64,000 bases of DNA from Candidatus Thorarchaeota archaeon (GTDB taxonomy: Archaea > Asgardarchaeota > Thorarchaeia > Thorarchaeales > Thorarchaeaceae). The translations under genes were made by a program, and so were the position numbers. Location: positions 128,001 through 192,000 of the forward strand of contig JAWOEX010000028.1 of the NCBI GenBank assembly GCA_046482545.1. Reading direction: 5' to 3'. How positions within the stretch are numbered: position 1 is the first letter of the stretch; each line of letters begins with the position of its first letter. This document shows, piece by piece, positions 31,116-40,619 of the stretch. Below the pieces are notes generated by a model. The model was not told the origin of the DNA. It did no database searches and was given only the letters and a program-made list of their open reading frames with translations.

Positions 31116-32048
31116 TTAGTCTCGATGAGTTCGCACTATGTGAAGGAACACTTCTTCAAGCGTTGCCGACTCTGTGCTCGCAGCCACTATTCGAACCCCC
31201 TGGTTTCTAGCAACCTCGACGATTTTCATGAGAACAGCCCCGGGTTCAGGAGTGAAACATCGTGTCTGGGTACCTGAGACCCTGACCTCGCTTACGGACG
31301 AAATTCCTTCCAACAGTTCCATTTCAAGAGGCTCGGAAAACTCGACCACGACACTCTGTTTCTCAGTGAATGCCTTCCGAAGGTTTGTCGGTGTGTCCAC
31401 CGCTGCAATCTCGCCGCGATTCATGATTGCCACTCGAGAACACAGCTCATTGGCCTCCTGCATGTTATGTGTCGTTAGCATCACTGTAATACCACTGGAG
31501 GCTAGCTCGTGAACCATGTCACGGATGTCACTTGAACTGTCAACATCTAGGCCTCCGGTAGGTTCATCTAGGAATATAATTTCAGCGTCGGACATGAGTG
31601 TCATACAGAGGCTTAGCTTTTGCCGCATTCCTTTTGAATAGAATTTTGCCTTCTTTTTCCGGTTCTCGTATAGCCCCATCCGCTTCAAAAGACGTTCAGC
31701 CTTTTTTTCATAGGTACTTCTAGGGAGGCCATAGAGATTGGCAAATAGGTGAGTGTTCTGTTCACCTGTCATGTCCACATACACATCCGCCTCCTCAGGG
31801 AGAACTGCGATTCTCCTTCTGATTTTGAGGGGGGTATCTTCAATATCCATTCCAAGAATGTTGACTGTACCATTTGTGGGGGGAATGAGACCCGTCATCG
31901 TTCTTATTGTAGTCGTCTTCCCAGCGCCGTTAGGTCCCAGAAGACCAAAGACTTCCCCCCTCCGAATTTCAAAGCTCACGTGATCAACAGCCCTGAGGGG
32001 GCCATAATCCTTTGTCAATCCATCAATTGTAATCACAGTATCAGTCAA
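31116..32048 (-). CDS. ABC exporter ATP-binding subunit (DrrA-like)
   Basis: GPNGAGKTT, YSKGMRQ, FLDEPTGGLD, TTHNM. Confidence 0.95.
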   Translation of the reverse strand: MTDTVITIDGLTKDYGPLRAVDHVSFEIRRGEVFGLLGPNGAGKTTTIRTMTGLIPPTNGTVNILGMDIEDTPLKIRRRIAVLPEEADVYVDMTGEQNTHLFANLYGLPRSTYEKKAERLLKRMGLYENRKKKAKFYSKGMRQKLSLCMTLMSDAEIIFLDEPTGGLDVDSSSDIRDMVHELASSGITVMLTTHNMQEANELCSRVAIMNRGEIAAVDTPTNLRKAFTEKQSVVVEFSEPLEMELLEGISSVSEVRVSGTQTRCFTPEPGAVLMKIVEVARNQGVRIVAASTESATLEEVFLHIVRTHRD

Positions 32049-32083
32049 TAGATATCCTCCACTTTTTTGTTGAAATGAATGAA

Positions 32084-32416
32084 CTATCTTGTGGCTCCAA
32101 TCTCGTCAAGACCGCTTCTTATGCATTCCATCCTCTCAATTACGTCGCCAAGGCACTCTTTAAGATGCTCAAGTCGCGCTTCCTCTGACATCTCTTTGTG
32201 ATGTTCAGAATCTCCGCAATTGCATTTACCCACTTTATATCCTGGAAATGAAGTTTTACCCAGACAATATAAACTCGCGCTAAGGACATCTGCAGTTCCT
32301 TCGACATGTTGAAGAGCTCTTGCCATTTGACTACACTTGGTGGCTGTCCAGATACCCGGGAACTAGCAGTCATCTCGGATGGAATTCTTGCACAGGCTCG
32401 TATCGACGCCCATCAT
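32084..32416 (-). pseudogene. Small Cys-rich ORF upstream of the ABC operon with an in-frame TAG
   Basis: ATG at 32416 is in frame with the 32084-32326 ORF but interrupted by TAG at 32365-32363. Confidence 0.35.
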
Positions 32417-32674
32417 TGCTGGAAGAACTAGTTGAGAAAATCAGACAATTCGTGATATCGAAGTAGAGGCGGGTATCAAAGAGACTGATTCAGACCTTTG
32501 AGACGTGATGTTCGATCCCTCAATGATGTATGGGTCGCCCTCTACTCCACTCCTAGGTCACCCCTCAGTCAAAGTCGGCATCAGAGATTATCATAATAGG
32601 AGCAAGTTCTTCCTATGTGACACGGGCAGCTACTACACAAAAAATAAGGGCAGTCTCGGTAACGTGAGGATGAA

Positions 32675-33823
32675 ATGCCAGACAAACTAGCCTATCCGTA
32701 CTCTGACGAACTCCTCCACTACGAGTTCAGCAAAACTCACCCACTCAAACCCGAACGATTAAAGCTCACCTATCTGCTCACCAGAATGAAGGGATTGCTT
32801 GAGTACGTAGAGGTTATCAGACCGCGGGTAGCTTCAAGAAGCGATTTAGAGCTGTTTCATACTAGCGATTTCATTGAAGCGGTGAAGAAGTGTAGTGTTG
32901 GGAAGTGCAGAAATGCGCGCTATGGTCTTGGTATTGCTGATAATCCTGTATTTCCCAAAATCTACGAGGCGGCATCACGTTACGTTGGTGCAACCCTTGA
33001 AGGGATGAAGCAGATAATAAAGGGATGTGGACGGGCATTCTGTATTTCTGGGGGTCTTCATCACGCCCAGAGGAGTGAAGCTGCTGGATTCTGCATATTC
33101 AACGACGTCGTCATCGCCATTAAACATCTACTACAGAAAAAAGACTGCAAAGTACTATACTTCGATTTTGATGCTCACCATGGTGATGGTGTACAAAACG
33201 CGTTTTATCGCCAAAAGAACGTGCTGACTATCTCAGTACACCAAACTGGGAAGACTTTGTTTCCAGGAACGGGATACGTCTACGAGATAGGCGGTGGTGA
33301 TGGCCTTGGCTATTCAGTCAATATTCCGCTCCTACCAGGTGCTGGTTCATCAGAGCTCATCAAAGTGCTGAAAGAAGTTGTTGTTCCCCTTTTCGAGTCA
33401 TATGAACCTGCCCTTCTGGTCACCCAGCTGGGAGTCGACGGTCACTATATGGATCCATTGGCGCATCTGGCATATACGACATATGGCTACGAGGTTGTTT
33501 TAAACAAGCTCAAGGAGCTGCAGGAAGAATACTGTAACTTGGGATGGCTAGCGGTCGGCGGTGGAGGTTACAACCCGATTAACGTTGCACGCCTTTGGAC
33601 CTTGTTCCTCTCAATAATGCTGGGGCAAGGTATTACTTCAGATATTCCCCCCAGATTCAAGAAAGAGTGCTCAAATCTGGGATTTGACCAGTTTCCAACG
33701 TCTATGCGAGATGATGAAGAGGTTGTCCAAATGTACAACTCCAGAGACAAGATTGAGCTGGACTTGGAGAGGACGCTGAGACGGGTGCGAGAGATGGTCT
33801 TCCCATATCACGGGCTGGAGTAG
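32675..33823 (+). CDS. Class I HDAC-family / AcuC-like deacetylase
   Basis: HPLKPER, GGLHHA, GFCIFND, DFDAHHGDGVQ, FPGTG, DPL, GGGGY. Confidence 0.93.
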   Translation: MPDKLAYPYSDELLHYEFSKTHPLKPERLKLTYLLTRMKGLLEYVEVIRPRVASRSDLELFHTSDFIEAVKKCSVGKCRNARYGLGIADNPVFPKIYEAASRYVGATLEGMKQIIKGCGRAFCISGGLHHAQRSEAAGFCIFNDVVIAIKHLLQKKDCKVLYFDFDAHHGDGVQNAFYRQKNVLTISVHQTGKTLFPGTGYVYEIGGGDGLGYSVNIPLLPGAGSSELIKVLKEVVVPLFESYEPALLVTQLGVDGHYMDPLAHLAYTTYGYEVVLNKLKELQEEYCNLGWLAVGGGGYNPINVARLWTLFLSIMLGQGITSDIPPRFKKECSNLGFDQFPTSMRDDEEVVQMYNSRDKIELDLERTLRRVREMVFPYHGLE

Positions 33824-33824
33824 C

Positions 33825-34433
33825 TTATTGAATCCGGGTATCAATCCATTTCTTAACCATCTTGGTTGCGAGATCAGAAGCAGCAGCCATGATGACGGAA
33901 TCAGCATCTTCCGAAAGTAGGGATGTTGGGTCGACTCCAGATCGCGCCATTCGTAAGAGTGCGGGTAAGCAGAGAAGACCAAGAGCTTCTATGACTTGAG
34001 AGGGAGTCTCTCCAGTAACAATCAATTCGTCGCCCAGAATTTCGACAGGCAAGAGCTTTGAATCAGGATCCAGTAACTCCACGAGAGGTTCTTCAGGGCA
34101 TCTGATTCTCACATCTGAATCAGTGCATCCTTTGTACACAACTGATTCGCCTCCAGTGAACGCGAAAGTGTACTGTTGGGACGTATCTACTGTCTCGAAA
34201 CAGATATCCAAATCTCGAAAGGAATCCTCAGCCAGATGCATATAGTGCTCAAACTTGGAATCGGACATACTGTCCAATGCTGTGGCATCTTCAATACTGA
34301 CATTCATTGCAGCTTTGCAGCCGTCAACCACAGGCCCCAGATATTCCATAAGCATGTAGGAGTCTTCATTTGCCTCGGCGGATAGTGATTTCAGACTTGA
34401 TTTCAGACTCGTAGGCTTTTCAGACTCATTCAA
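33825..34433 (-). CDS. Hypothetical protein, possible SCP2-like lipid-binding fold
   Basis: Pattern FTGGESVVYKG...DVRI...LVELL...GDELIVTG resembles SCP2 strands and helices. Confidence 0.5.
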   Translation of the reverse strand: MNESEKPTSLKSSLKSLSAEANEDSYMLMEYLGPVVDGCKAAMNVSIEDATALDSMSDSKFEHYMHLAEDSFRDLDICFETVDTSQQYTFAFTGGESVVYKGCTDSDVRIRCPEEPLVELLDPDSKLLPVEILGDELIVTGETPSQVIEALGLLCLPALLRMARSGVDPTSLLSEDADSVIMAAASDLATKMVKKWIDTRIQ

Positions 34434-34499
34434 AGTGATTCACGACTCGATTACAGTATTACACACATTGTTTATCAATCATTGCGCCCAGTAGGGCAT

Positions 34500-35255
34500 A
34501 TGACCACCGATATCCACACCCACTTGGGAAGAAACCGAATGGAATACACCGAGGTGGATAAGCACAATCTAGCCGAAGTCGTGGATACACATGTACGGTA
34601 CATGGACCTGTTTGGTATCGAAACGGCGGTGCTGACACCTGTCGAGCCCAATATCCCGACCAGTCTTTACAAAGAAGCCGCAGCAATATATCCAGACCGG
34701 TTTTTCTGGGCCTGTTCCATACCGCCAAGACCTATGGACCGCGCAGATAAAAAGCTTAGTCGATACCAAGATGAGGGTTGCATCGCCATTGTTCTTGACG
34801 AATCGCAGTACCATCCTAATGACCCAGCAGTAGATGTCCTCATCCAGAAAGCAATCCAATTCGATTTGCCTGTTTTTTTCCGCCAAGACGCAGTAACATC
34901 CCAAACTGCATCGTTTATTGATGAAGTATCTAGAACACATGAAAAGGGCAATTTCGTTATCCTGAAAATGGGAGGCATATTTGGCTTTCATAATGTCTTG
35001 CCCATGATAAGAAGAAAGAATATCTGGCTGGAAATATCAGTTACCCTCCCGCGCTTGGTTGAATCTCCCCTTCGAGTCTTTCTTGATGCGCTTATTCAAG
35101 ACGAGGGGATCCGGAGTCTTGTCTATGGCTCTGAGCACTGGAGTGAATACTCTAATCTCTCTGCAGCGATGAACATGATTGATCTCAATATCGAAACTAA
35201 TCGTGCCATAAGAAAGCAGAACGCAAGAGAGATTATTGGATTGTTTGCTTACTAG
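34500..35255 (+). CDS. Amidohydrolase_2 family protein (degenerate metal site)
   Basis: DIHTH, YPDRF, LPVF, NIWLEIS, LVYGSE. Confidence 0.8.
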   Translation: MTTDIHTHLGRNRMEYTEVDKHNLAEVVDTHVRYMDLFGIETAVLTPVEPNIPTSLYKEAAAIYPDRFFWACSIPPRPMDRADKKLSRYQDEGCIAIVLDESQYHPNDPAVDVLIQKAIQFDLPVFFRQDAVTSQTASFIDEVSRTHEKGNFVILKMGGIFGFHNVLPMIRRKNIWLEISVTLPRLVESPLRVFLDALIQDEGIRSLVYGSEHWSEYSNLSAAMNMIDLNIETNRAIRKQNAREIIGLFAY

Positions 35256-35331
35256 ACCAGAGAGTGTGAAGAATAGCTACGAGAGAATGTTCCATTCATT
35301 TGCTCAAAATTTTCTGAGACATAATGTACTA

Positions 35332-35670
35332 CTATTGAATATCAGCACCACAATGAGGAATACTATCCCGAAGAATCTCAGCTAGCTCACTTCGGGTTGG
35401 GAGGCCAGTAATCTGCGTATTTCCAACAACGAGCGTGGGCAAGGCAAGTATGTTTTGTTCTTCGCAGTCTTTGATAGATTGCATTCTCACTTTGATTCTA
35501 TGCCCATAAGAGGATATCTCTTGAGCTACATTCTGCACCAGTCTCATTGTTTCGTCATGAAACATACAGGTGTCGTTAGTAAAAACGTGTAGCTCGATTA
35601 GGTCTTCACCTCTGCTGTATTCGACGGGATGCAGCTTTTTCGGCAGGTGAACTGATGATTCCATTCTCAT
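35332..35670 (-). CDS. Thioredoxin-fold protein with CxxH (KaiB/MJ0307-like)
   Basis: VFTNDTCMFH...ILALPTLVV...ITGLP. Confidence 0.7.
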   Translation of the reverse strand: MRMESSVHLPKKLHPVEYSRGEDLIELHVFTNDTCMFHDETMRLVQNVAQEISSYGHRIKVRMQSIKDCEEQNILALPTLVVGNTQITGLPTRSELAEILRDSIPHCGADIQ

Positions 35671-35687
35671 GGTGATGCTCTCCGTTT

Positions 35688-35921
35688 CTATTCAGCGAAC
35701 TTAGGCGGTTTAAGGCGGATTTGCTGTTTGATGGAATGCACAGCGCGCAATGGGATGGTTTCCCAGCTCATGTTGTTGTTGGTACTTGATGGGCGTTCAA
35801 CGATAACCAATGGGCCATGCTCTTCATCATACCAGACTCGCTTTACTCGACCTATTGGAAAACCTCGAAAATCGCAGACAAGCTTATTCTTTAGAAGCCA
35901 GTTAGTGTCGTCGTTCTTCAT
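35688..35921 (-). CDS. Single PRC-barrel domain protein
   Basis: KLVCDFRGFPIGRVKRVWYD...IPLRAVHSI. Confidence 0.75.
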   Translation of the reverse strand: MKNDDTNWLLKNKLVCDFRGFPIGRVKRVWYDEEHGPLVIVERPSSTNNNMSWETIPLRAVHSIKQQIRLKPPKFAE

Positions 35922-36006
35922 TGCTCCTCAATCATTTGCATGAGGAACAAGACTAAGAGCCTATGTAAGACCCGGATTAGTTCGACATAACACTCGGTCT
36001 AAGCTC

Positions 36007-36588
36007 TTAATCTCCTATTTCCTGCTCATAGCCCCAGTCGACTATGGCTTCCTCCCCTGTTCCTAAGAGATTGCCACCCACGCAGTATCCGACAATACAC
36101 ATCACCAGCCCAATGATGTTCAGAGAACCCCCTGTCACGATAAAGAGACGTGAATCGCTAATCTGTTTGTAGCCGATGTCTATAATCGTTGGACCATCAA
36201 TATTGGCAAGGAGTATTGTGTAATTCCCAGGTTCCAGATCTATGGTCTCTCTATCAACATACTTCGGCGGATCGCTATCTTCTATTCTGTCTTGTTCATC
36301 CAACGTCATATTGATTATTTTTGTCTCGGAAGTTGCGTTATTAGTAATCAGGAAATCCACATACATGATATTGGAACTGACATTCTCAGCGTTAATGCTG
36401 ACTGATACTTCAAACTCTGGATAGTAGCCAGGACGGTCCCAGATTTCGAAAGTGCCAACATGCCCTTCTCTAGCCATCAGCCCCACATAGTGATACGGGG
36501 CCATCAGCACGATTGCTCCACCAAAGAGGATTACAAAGGCACCGCCAAAATACAAAAAGGCCTTCAGCTTGTTAATCCGACTACTCAT
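36007..36588 (-). CDS. Hypothetical protein with N- and C-terminal TM helices flanking an extracellular beta domain
   Basis: Two hydrophobic ends; several N-x-S/T sequons. Confidence 0.7.
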   Translation of the reverse strand: MSSRINKLKAFLYFGGAFVILFGGAIVLMAPYHYVGLMAREGHVGTFEIWDRPGYYPEFEVSVSINAENVSSNIMYVDFLITNNATSETKIINMTLDEQDRIEDSDPPKYVDRETIDLEPGNYTILLANIDGPTIIDIGYKQISDSRLFIVTGGSLNIIGLVMCIVGYCVGGNLLGTGEEAIVDWGYEQEIGD

Positions 36589-36847
36589 CGGTATTCATGA
36601 GGTTAGGTGTAAGTAGCAGTTATAATTTTAGTGAACCCCGTGACGTAACCTTCAAGCTAGATAGACCCCTTTGCTATATTCAACAAAGGAGTATGATTAT
36701 AGTATCCCAAGAAGTTTTGGTATAATGCATTCGAAGGAGACCAGTTTACTGCTATTTCCTTTTGTGACAGACTCGACGCAAACGTAGACCGTAGCCTTTA
36801 TAGGCCATTCTTGTCGGGGAAATGATGTAAAGCTGGTGTGACCGGAA

Positions 36848-37237
36848 ATGTGGTTTGAAATAATGCTCATTCCTTTTATAGTTGTAATGTTCCTATTCGT
36901 AGTCTTTTTCATCGTGCAAGAAGGTACCACTTGGCAGAAACATCCGTACCTCGGTCCGTTTGCCAGATTCATTCAGGCTTCAGCAGCCCGAGGCTTCTTT
37001 ACATTTTTCGCTCTAACGATTTTGAGTATACCGACACTTTTTGGCGTGATGCAGGGATACTGGCTTGATCGCTTCATTAGTGGTAACTTACCAAGCAACA
37101 ACGTATTCGTAGTGAATACTCTTCTCATCATGTTCCTCATCTTGGCCATGATGTTGCCAGTCATGTGGGGTAGGTTCAGAGCGTGGCGGCAAGCTGTCAG
37201 AGCCAAGTCAGGAGTTACAGTCCGTTCATCGGCCTAA
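36848..37237 (+). CDS. Hypothetical three-TM membrane protein
   Basis: Three hydrophobic segments. Confidence 0.7.
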   Translation: MWFEIMLIPFIVVMFLFVVFFIVQEGTTWQKHPYLGPFARFIQASAARGFFTFFALTILSIPTLFGVMQGYWLDRFISGNLPSNNVFVVNTLLIMFLILAMMLPVMWGRFRAWRQAVRAKSGVTVRSSA

Positions 37238-37534
37238 AGAGCTTGGCTATTCCAGCCCGCTTCCCGCCCGTATGGTCAAATACTTATCGTAAGTAGCTCA
37301 AAACGAATCGGGCCCACCAGCTGCTTACCAATCTGAGAATCTACACCAGAATTCAAAGCATTTCTATTTCATAACTGGAAACTGTACTTAGCTCCATTCA
37401 ACTGATGCTCAGAAAAACCCATGGAAACCCACTTCTTTCTTCGATATCAATAATCGCATCACTAGGAGAGCCAAGCCAACTTCACATTCAAGATTCTCGG
37501 CACGTAGTTGATGGCAAATGTTTATCTGTAACCG

Positions 37535-37548
37535 TTAACAATTGTTAA
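37535..37548. promoter_or_regulatory. Perfect palindrome TTAACAATTGTTAA, possible operator
   Basis: Lies between a TTTATC element (about 37521) and the ATG at 37568. Confidence 0.4.
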
Positions 37549-37567
37549 AAGGTAGCGGAGATATATT

Positions 37568-39670
37568 ATGACTGCTAGAAGGAAGAAGAGAGCAAATCAT
37601 CTCATCAACGAAAAGAGCCCGTATCTGCAACAACACGCATACAATCCAGTAGACTGGTATCCTTGGAGCAGCAAAGCATTCGAGAAGGCCAAGAAGAAGG
37701 ACATACCCATTTTCCTGTCTATTGGTTATTCAACATGTCATTGGTGCCACATTATGGAAGAGGAGTCCTTCGAGGATGAAGAAGTTGCGAAGCTGCTAAA
37801 CAAGCATTTTGTTAATATCAAAGTTGACCGTGAGGAGAGACCCGATATTGACAGTCTGTATATGCAGGTAGCTCAGATGATGACCGGTAGGGGAGGATGG
37901 CCTCTCACCATAATCATGACGCCTGATAAAGAACCCTTTTTCGCCGCTACGTATATCCCGAAGGAATCCGCTCGGGGAGCGCTCGGTATGGTCGATCTCC
38001 TGCCAAGGCTTGCTGAAATCTATGAATCTGAAGATGATAGAATAGAATCAATCACTGCCAAGGTGAAAACTCGCCTGAACAAGGTACAAGAGAAAATACA
38101 GGATGATACACCAGACAGAGAAGTCATTGAAGCCGCTACAAGTCGCCTCTCAAGGGCATTTGACGAAAAGAACGGAGGCTTTGGCAGCGCACCTAAATTT
38201 CCATCGGCTCAGAACCTCATGCTCCTGCTTAGATCCTGGAAAGAGACAGGAGAGGAAAGGCATCTTCACATGGTTGAAAAGACGCTACAGCAGATGAGGA
38301 AAGGGGGGATTTATGATCAGATTGGCTTTGGTTTCCATAGATATTCTACAGACAAGGACTGGCTACGACCTCATTTTGAAAAGATGCTCTATGATCAAGC
38401 GATGCTGGCCTATGTTCTAATCGAGACATATCAGGCTACAAAAGACAGATTCTATGCAGAGGTAGCCTCTGAAACAATTGAATACGTTTTGAGAGAAATG
38501 ACATCAGATGAAGGAGGGTTCTTCTCGGCTCAAGATGCTGATAGTGACGGTGAAGAAGGGAAGTACTATGTTTGGACATTTGATGAGATACGCTCTCTCT
38601 TGGAGAATCACGAGTTCAAGGTTGCTGTCAAGCTCTACGGAATTAAGAAAAAGGGCAACTACTTGGATGACTCTACGCACAGGAGAACAGGCAAGAATAT
38701 CCTGCATATAAACAAAGAGGCCAAAGAAGTAGCAGCGGACTTGGATAGGGATAGGCAGGAAATTAACAGAATAATTCAATCAATAAATTCGAAACTTCTT
38801 GCCCACAGAAAAGAAAGGATTCCCCCCCATACAGATGATAAGATACTGACAGACTGGAACGGACTCATGATTGCAGCAATGGCGAAAGCGGGTCGAGTTT
38901 TGAAGAACTCGGAATATGTTCAGGCTGCTCGAAAGGCGGCAGACTTCATTATCGAAGAGCTAAGAACAGAGGAAGGCGGATTGCATCATCGCTACCGTGA
39001 CTCTCAGGCAGCGATTGATGCATTTTCTGGAGACTACGCATTTCTGCTGTGGGGTTTAATGGAGCTCTTTGAAAGCACCTATGACCCGAATTACCTCTCA
39101 GTGGCTAGACAACTGCTCAGCTTCATGAAAGCACATTTCTGGGATAGCAATGGTGGAGGGTTCTTCTTGAGTGCAGACTTCTCGGAATCTCTCTTAACAA
39201 GACAAAAGCCTACGTCTGATGGTTCAATTCCTTCAGCCAATTCAGTTGCATCTTTTGTCTTTATCCGCCTTGCCAGACTACTCGGGGACGTAGAGCTGGA
39301 AAAAGTGGGTGAAAAGACCTTGAAAGCCTCTGCTAGGCAAATTGAGAGGGCGCCTAGCTCGCACACGATGATGCTTGTAGCTCTGAATTACCTACTCGGG
39401 CCATCAAGGGAAGTGGTCATAGTCGGACCCCATGTTAGCTCAGATCTGCTGGAGATGATTGATGCTATCGAACAGGAATTCTTCCCAGCTGTATCGGTAA
39501 TCGTGAAGAGCGATTCAGCTGTTTCAGAACAGCTAGCGGAGCTTGCACCCTTCACAAAGCATTTTGAATCCATTAACTCGCAGCCAACAGCTCACGTTTG
39601 CATTAATCAGAATTGCAAGCTCCCGACGACCGATAAAGAAAAGATGCTGTCAATTTTGAAAGAAGGCTAA
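37568..39670 (+). CDS. Thioredoxin-domain / six-hairpin protein of the YyaL (SSP411/SPATA20, DUF255) family
   Basis: [52 protein letters not shown]. Confidence 0.95.
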   Translation: MTARRKKRANHLINEKSPYLQQHAYNPVDWYPWSSKAFEKAKKKDIPIFLSIGYSTCHWCHIMEEESFEDEEVAKLLNKHFVNIKVDREERPDIDSLYMQVAQMMTGRGGWPLTIIMTPDKEPFFAATYIPKESARGALGMVDLLPRLAEIYESEDDRIESITAKVKTRLNKVQEKIQDDTPDREVIEAATSRLSRAFDEKNGGFGSAPKFPSAQNLMLLLRSWKETGEERHLHMVEKTLQQMRKGGIYDQIGFGFHRYSTDKDWLRPHFEKMLYDQAMLAYVLIETYQATKDRFYAEVASETIEYVLREMTSDEGGFFSAQDADSDGEEGKYYVWTFDEIRSLLENHEFKVAVKLYGIKKKGNYLDDSTHRRTGKNILHINKEAKEVAADLDRDRQEINRIIQSINSKLLAHRKERIPPHTDDKILTDWNGLMIAAMAKAGRVLKNSEYVQAARKAADFIIEELRTEEGGLHHRYRDSQAAIDAFSGDYAFLLWGLMELFESTYDPNYLSVARQLLSFMKAHFWDSNGGGFFLSADFSESLLTRQKPTSDGSIPSANSVASFVFIRLARLLGDVELEKVGEKTLKASARQIERAPSSHTMMLVALNYLLGPSREVVIVGPHVSSDLLEMIDAIEQEFFPAVSVIVKSDSAVSEQLAELAPFTKHFESINSQPTAHVCINQNCKLPTTDKEKMLSILKEG

Positions 39671-39924
39671 TGGCGACGAAACGGATAGGACAATTCATCC
39701 AAAGAGTGGGAGTTTCAGCAACTACACAAGGTATATTGGATATCTCAAGACTCCAAATGTGAATGAGGTAAGTATGCTGGCAACAACTGAAAGGAATTGT
39801 TCATCTTAGCATGAAGAGCCATATCGAAGAATCAAAGGAAGGTCGTGGTATGCTTCAATGAGAAATCTCCGAAAGAGTGACCCCCAAAAAAAAGAAATTC
39901 GCGTTCCCCGTACCAACCTACTTC

Positions 39925-40460
39925 CTAGCGAAATACATCGTAATTGTAAGAAATCCATTTAGTCATGTCACTCCTCTAGCCAAGCAGGATATCGTTTTGG
40001 AAAACCTGAGGCATGAAAATCCACTATTACGAGATTGGACGAAAATCATTGGGCATAGAGATCTCGGCAAATTTGTATCAACTTAGATGATTCGGATACT
40101 GTCGAATCAATTCGGAACCTTTGGAATCACAAGGATACGTACATCAGTGGATGGGCTTTGTACTGGAAGCATATCTATTTGTACATTGACGATAGATCAC
40201 GAGATGATAAGAGCCTAAGAGACAATTCGTTGGTTGTAAAATATGCGGAGTTGTGTGGTTCGCCAGAAGATACAATTGATGACATCTTCGGCCATATAGA
40301 CATACTCGATGAGAATTTCGAAAGAGTGAAAGGAACGTACCAGAGAGTATTACACGAACCCTCATACTATAGTGTGAAATTCTCTGATAAGGAGAAGAAG
40401 GATATCATTGAGACCGCTAATGCCGAAGCAGAAACCTTTGGGTATTCGATTGGAAGGTAA
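39925..40460 (+). pseudogene. Sulfotransferase-family remnant (N-terminus lost, internal frameshift)
   Basis: AKYIVIVRNP in one frame and GWALYW...LVVKYAELCGSPEDTI in another; frame change near 40065-40085. Confidence 0.55.
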
Positions 40461-40619
40461 TCCAGTTCCTAATTGCTTAAGGCAAGATTGAGACGAATAT
40501 TGCTTGAAGAGTATGGATTAATTATCCCAGTTTTTTGACTACGAACACCAGCCTTAATACTTGGGTCCATGAGTTCGCATCTGCGATTCTTTGGATGACG
40601 AGCCAGAGTGCTGATTTCA

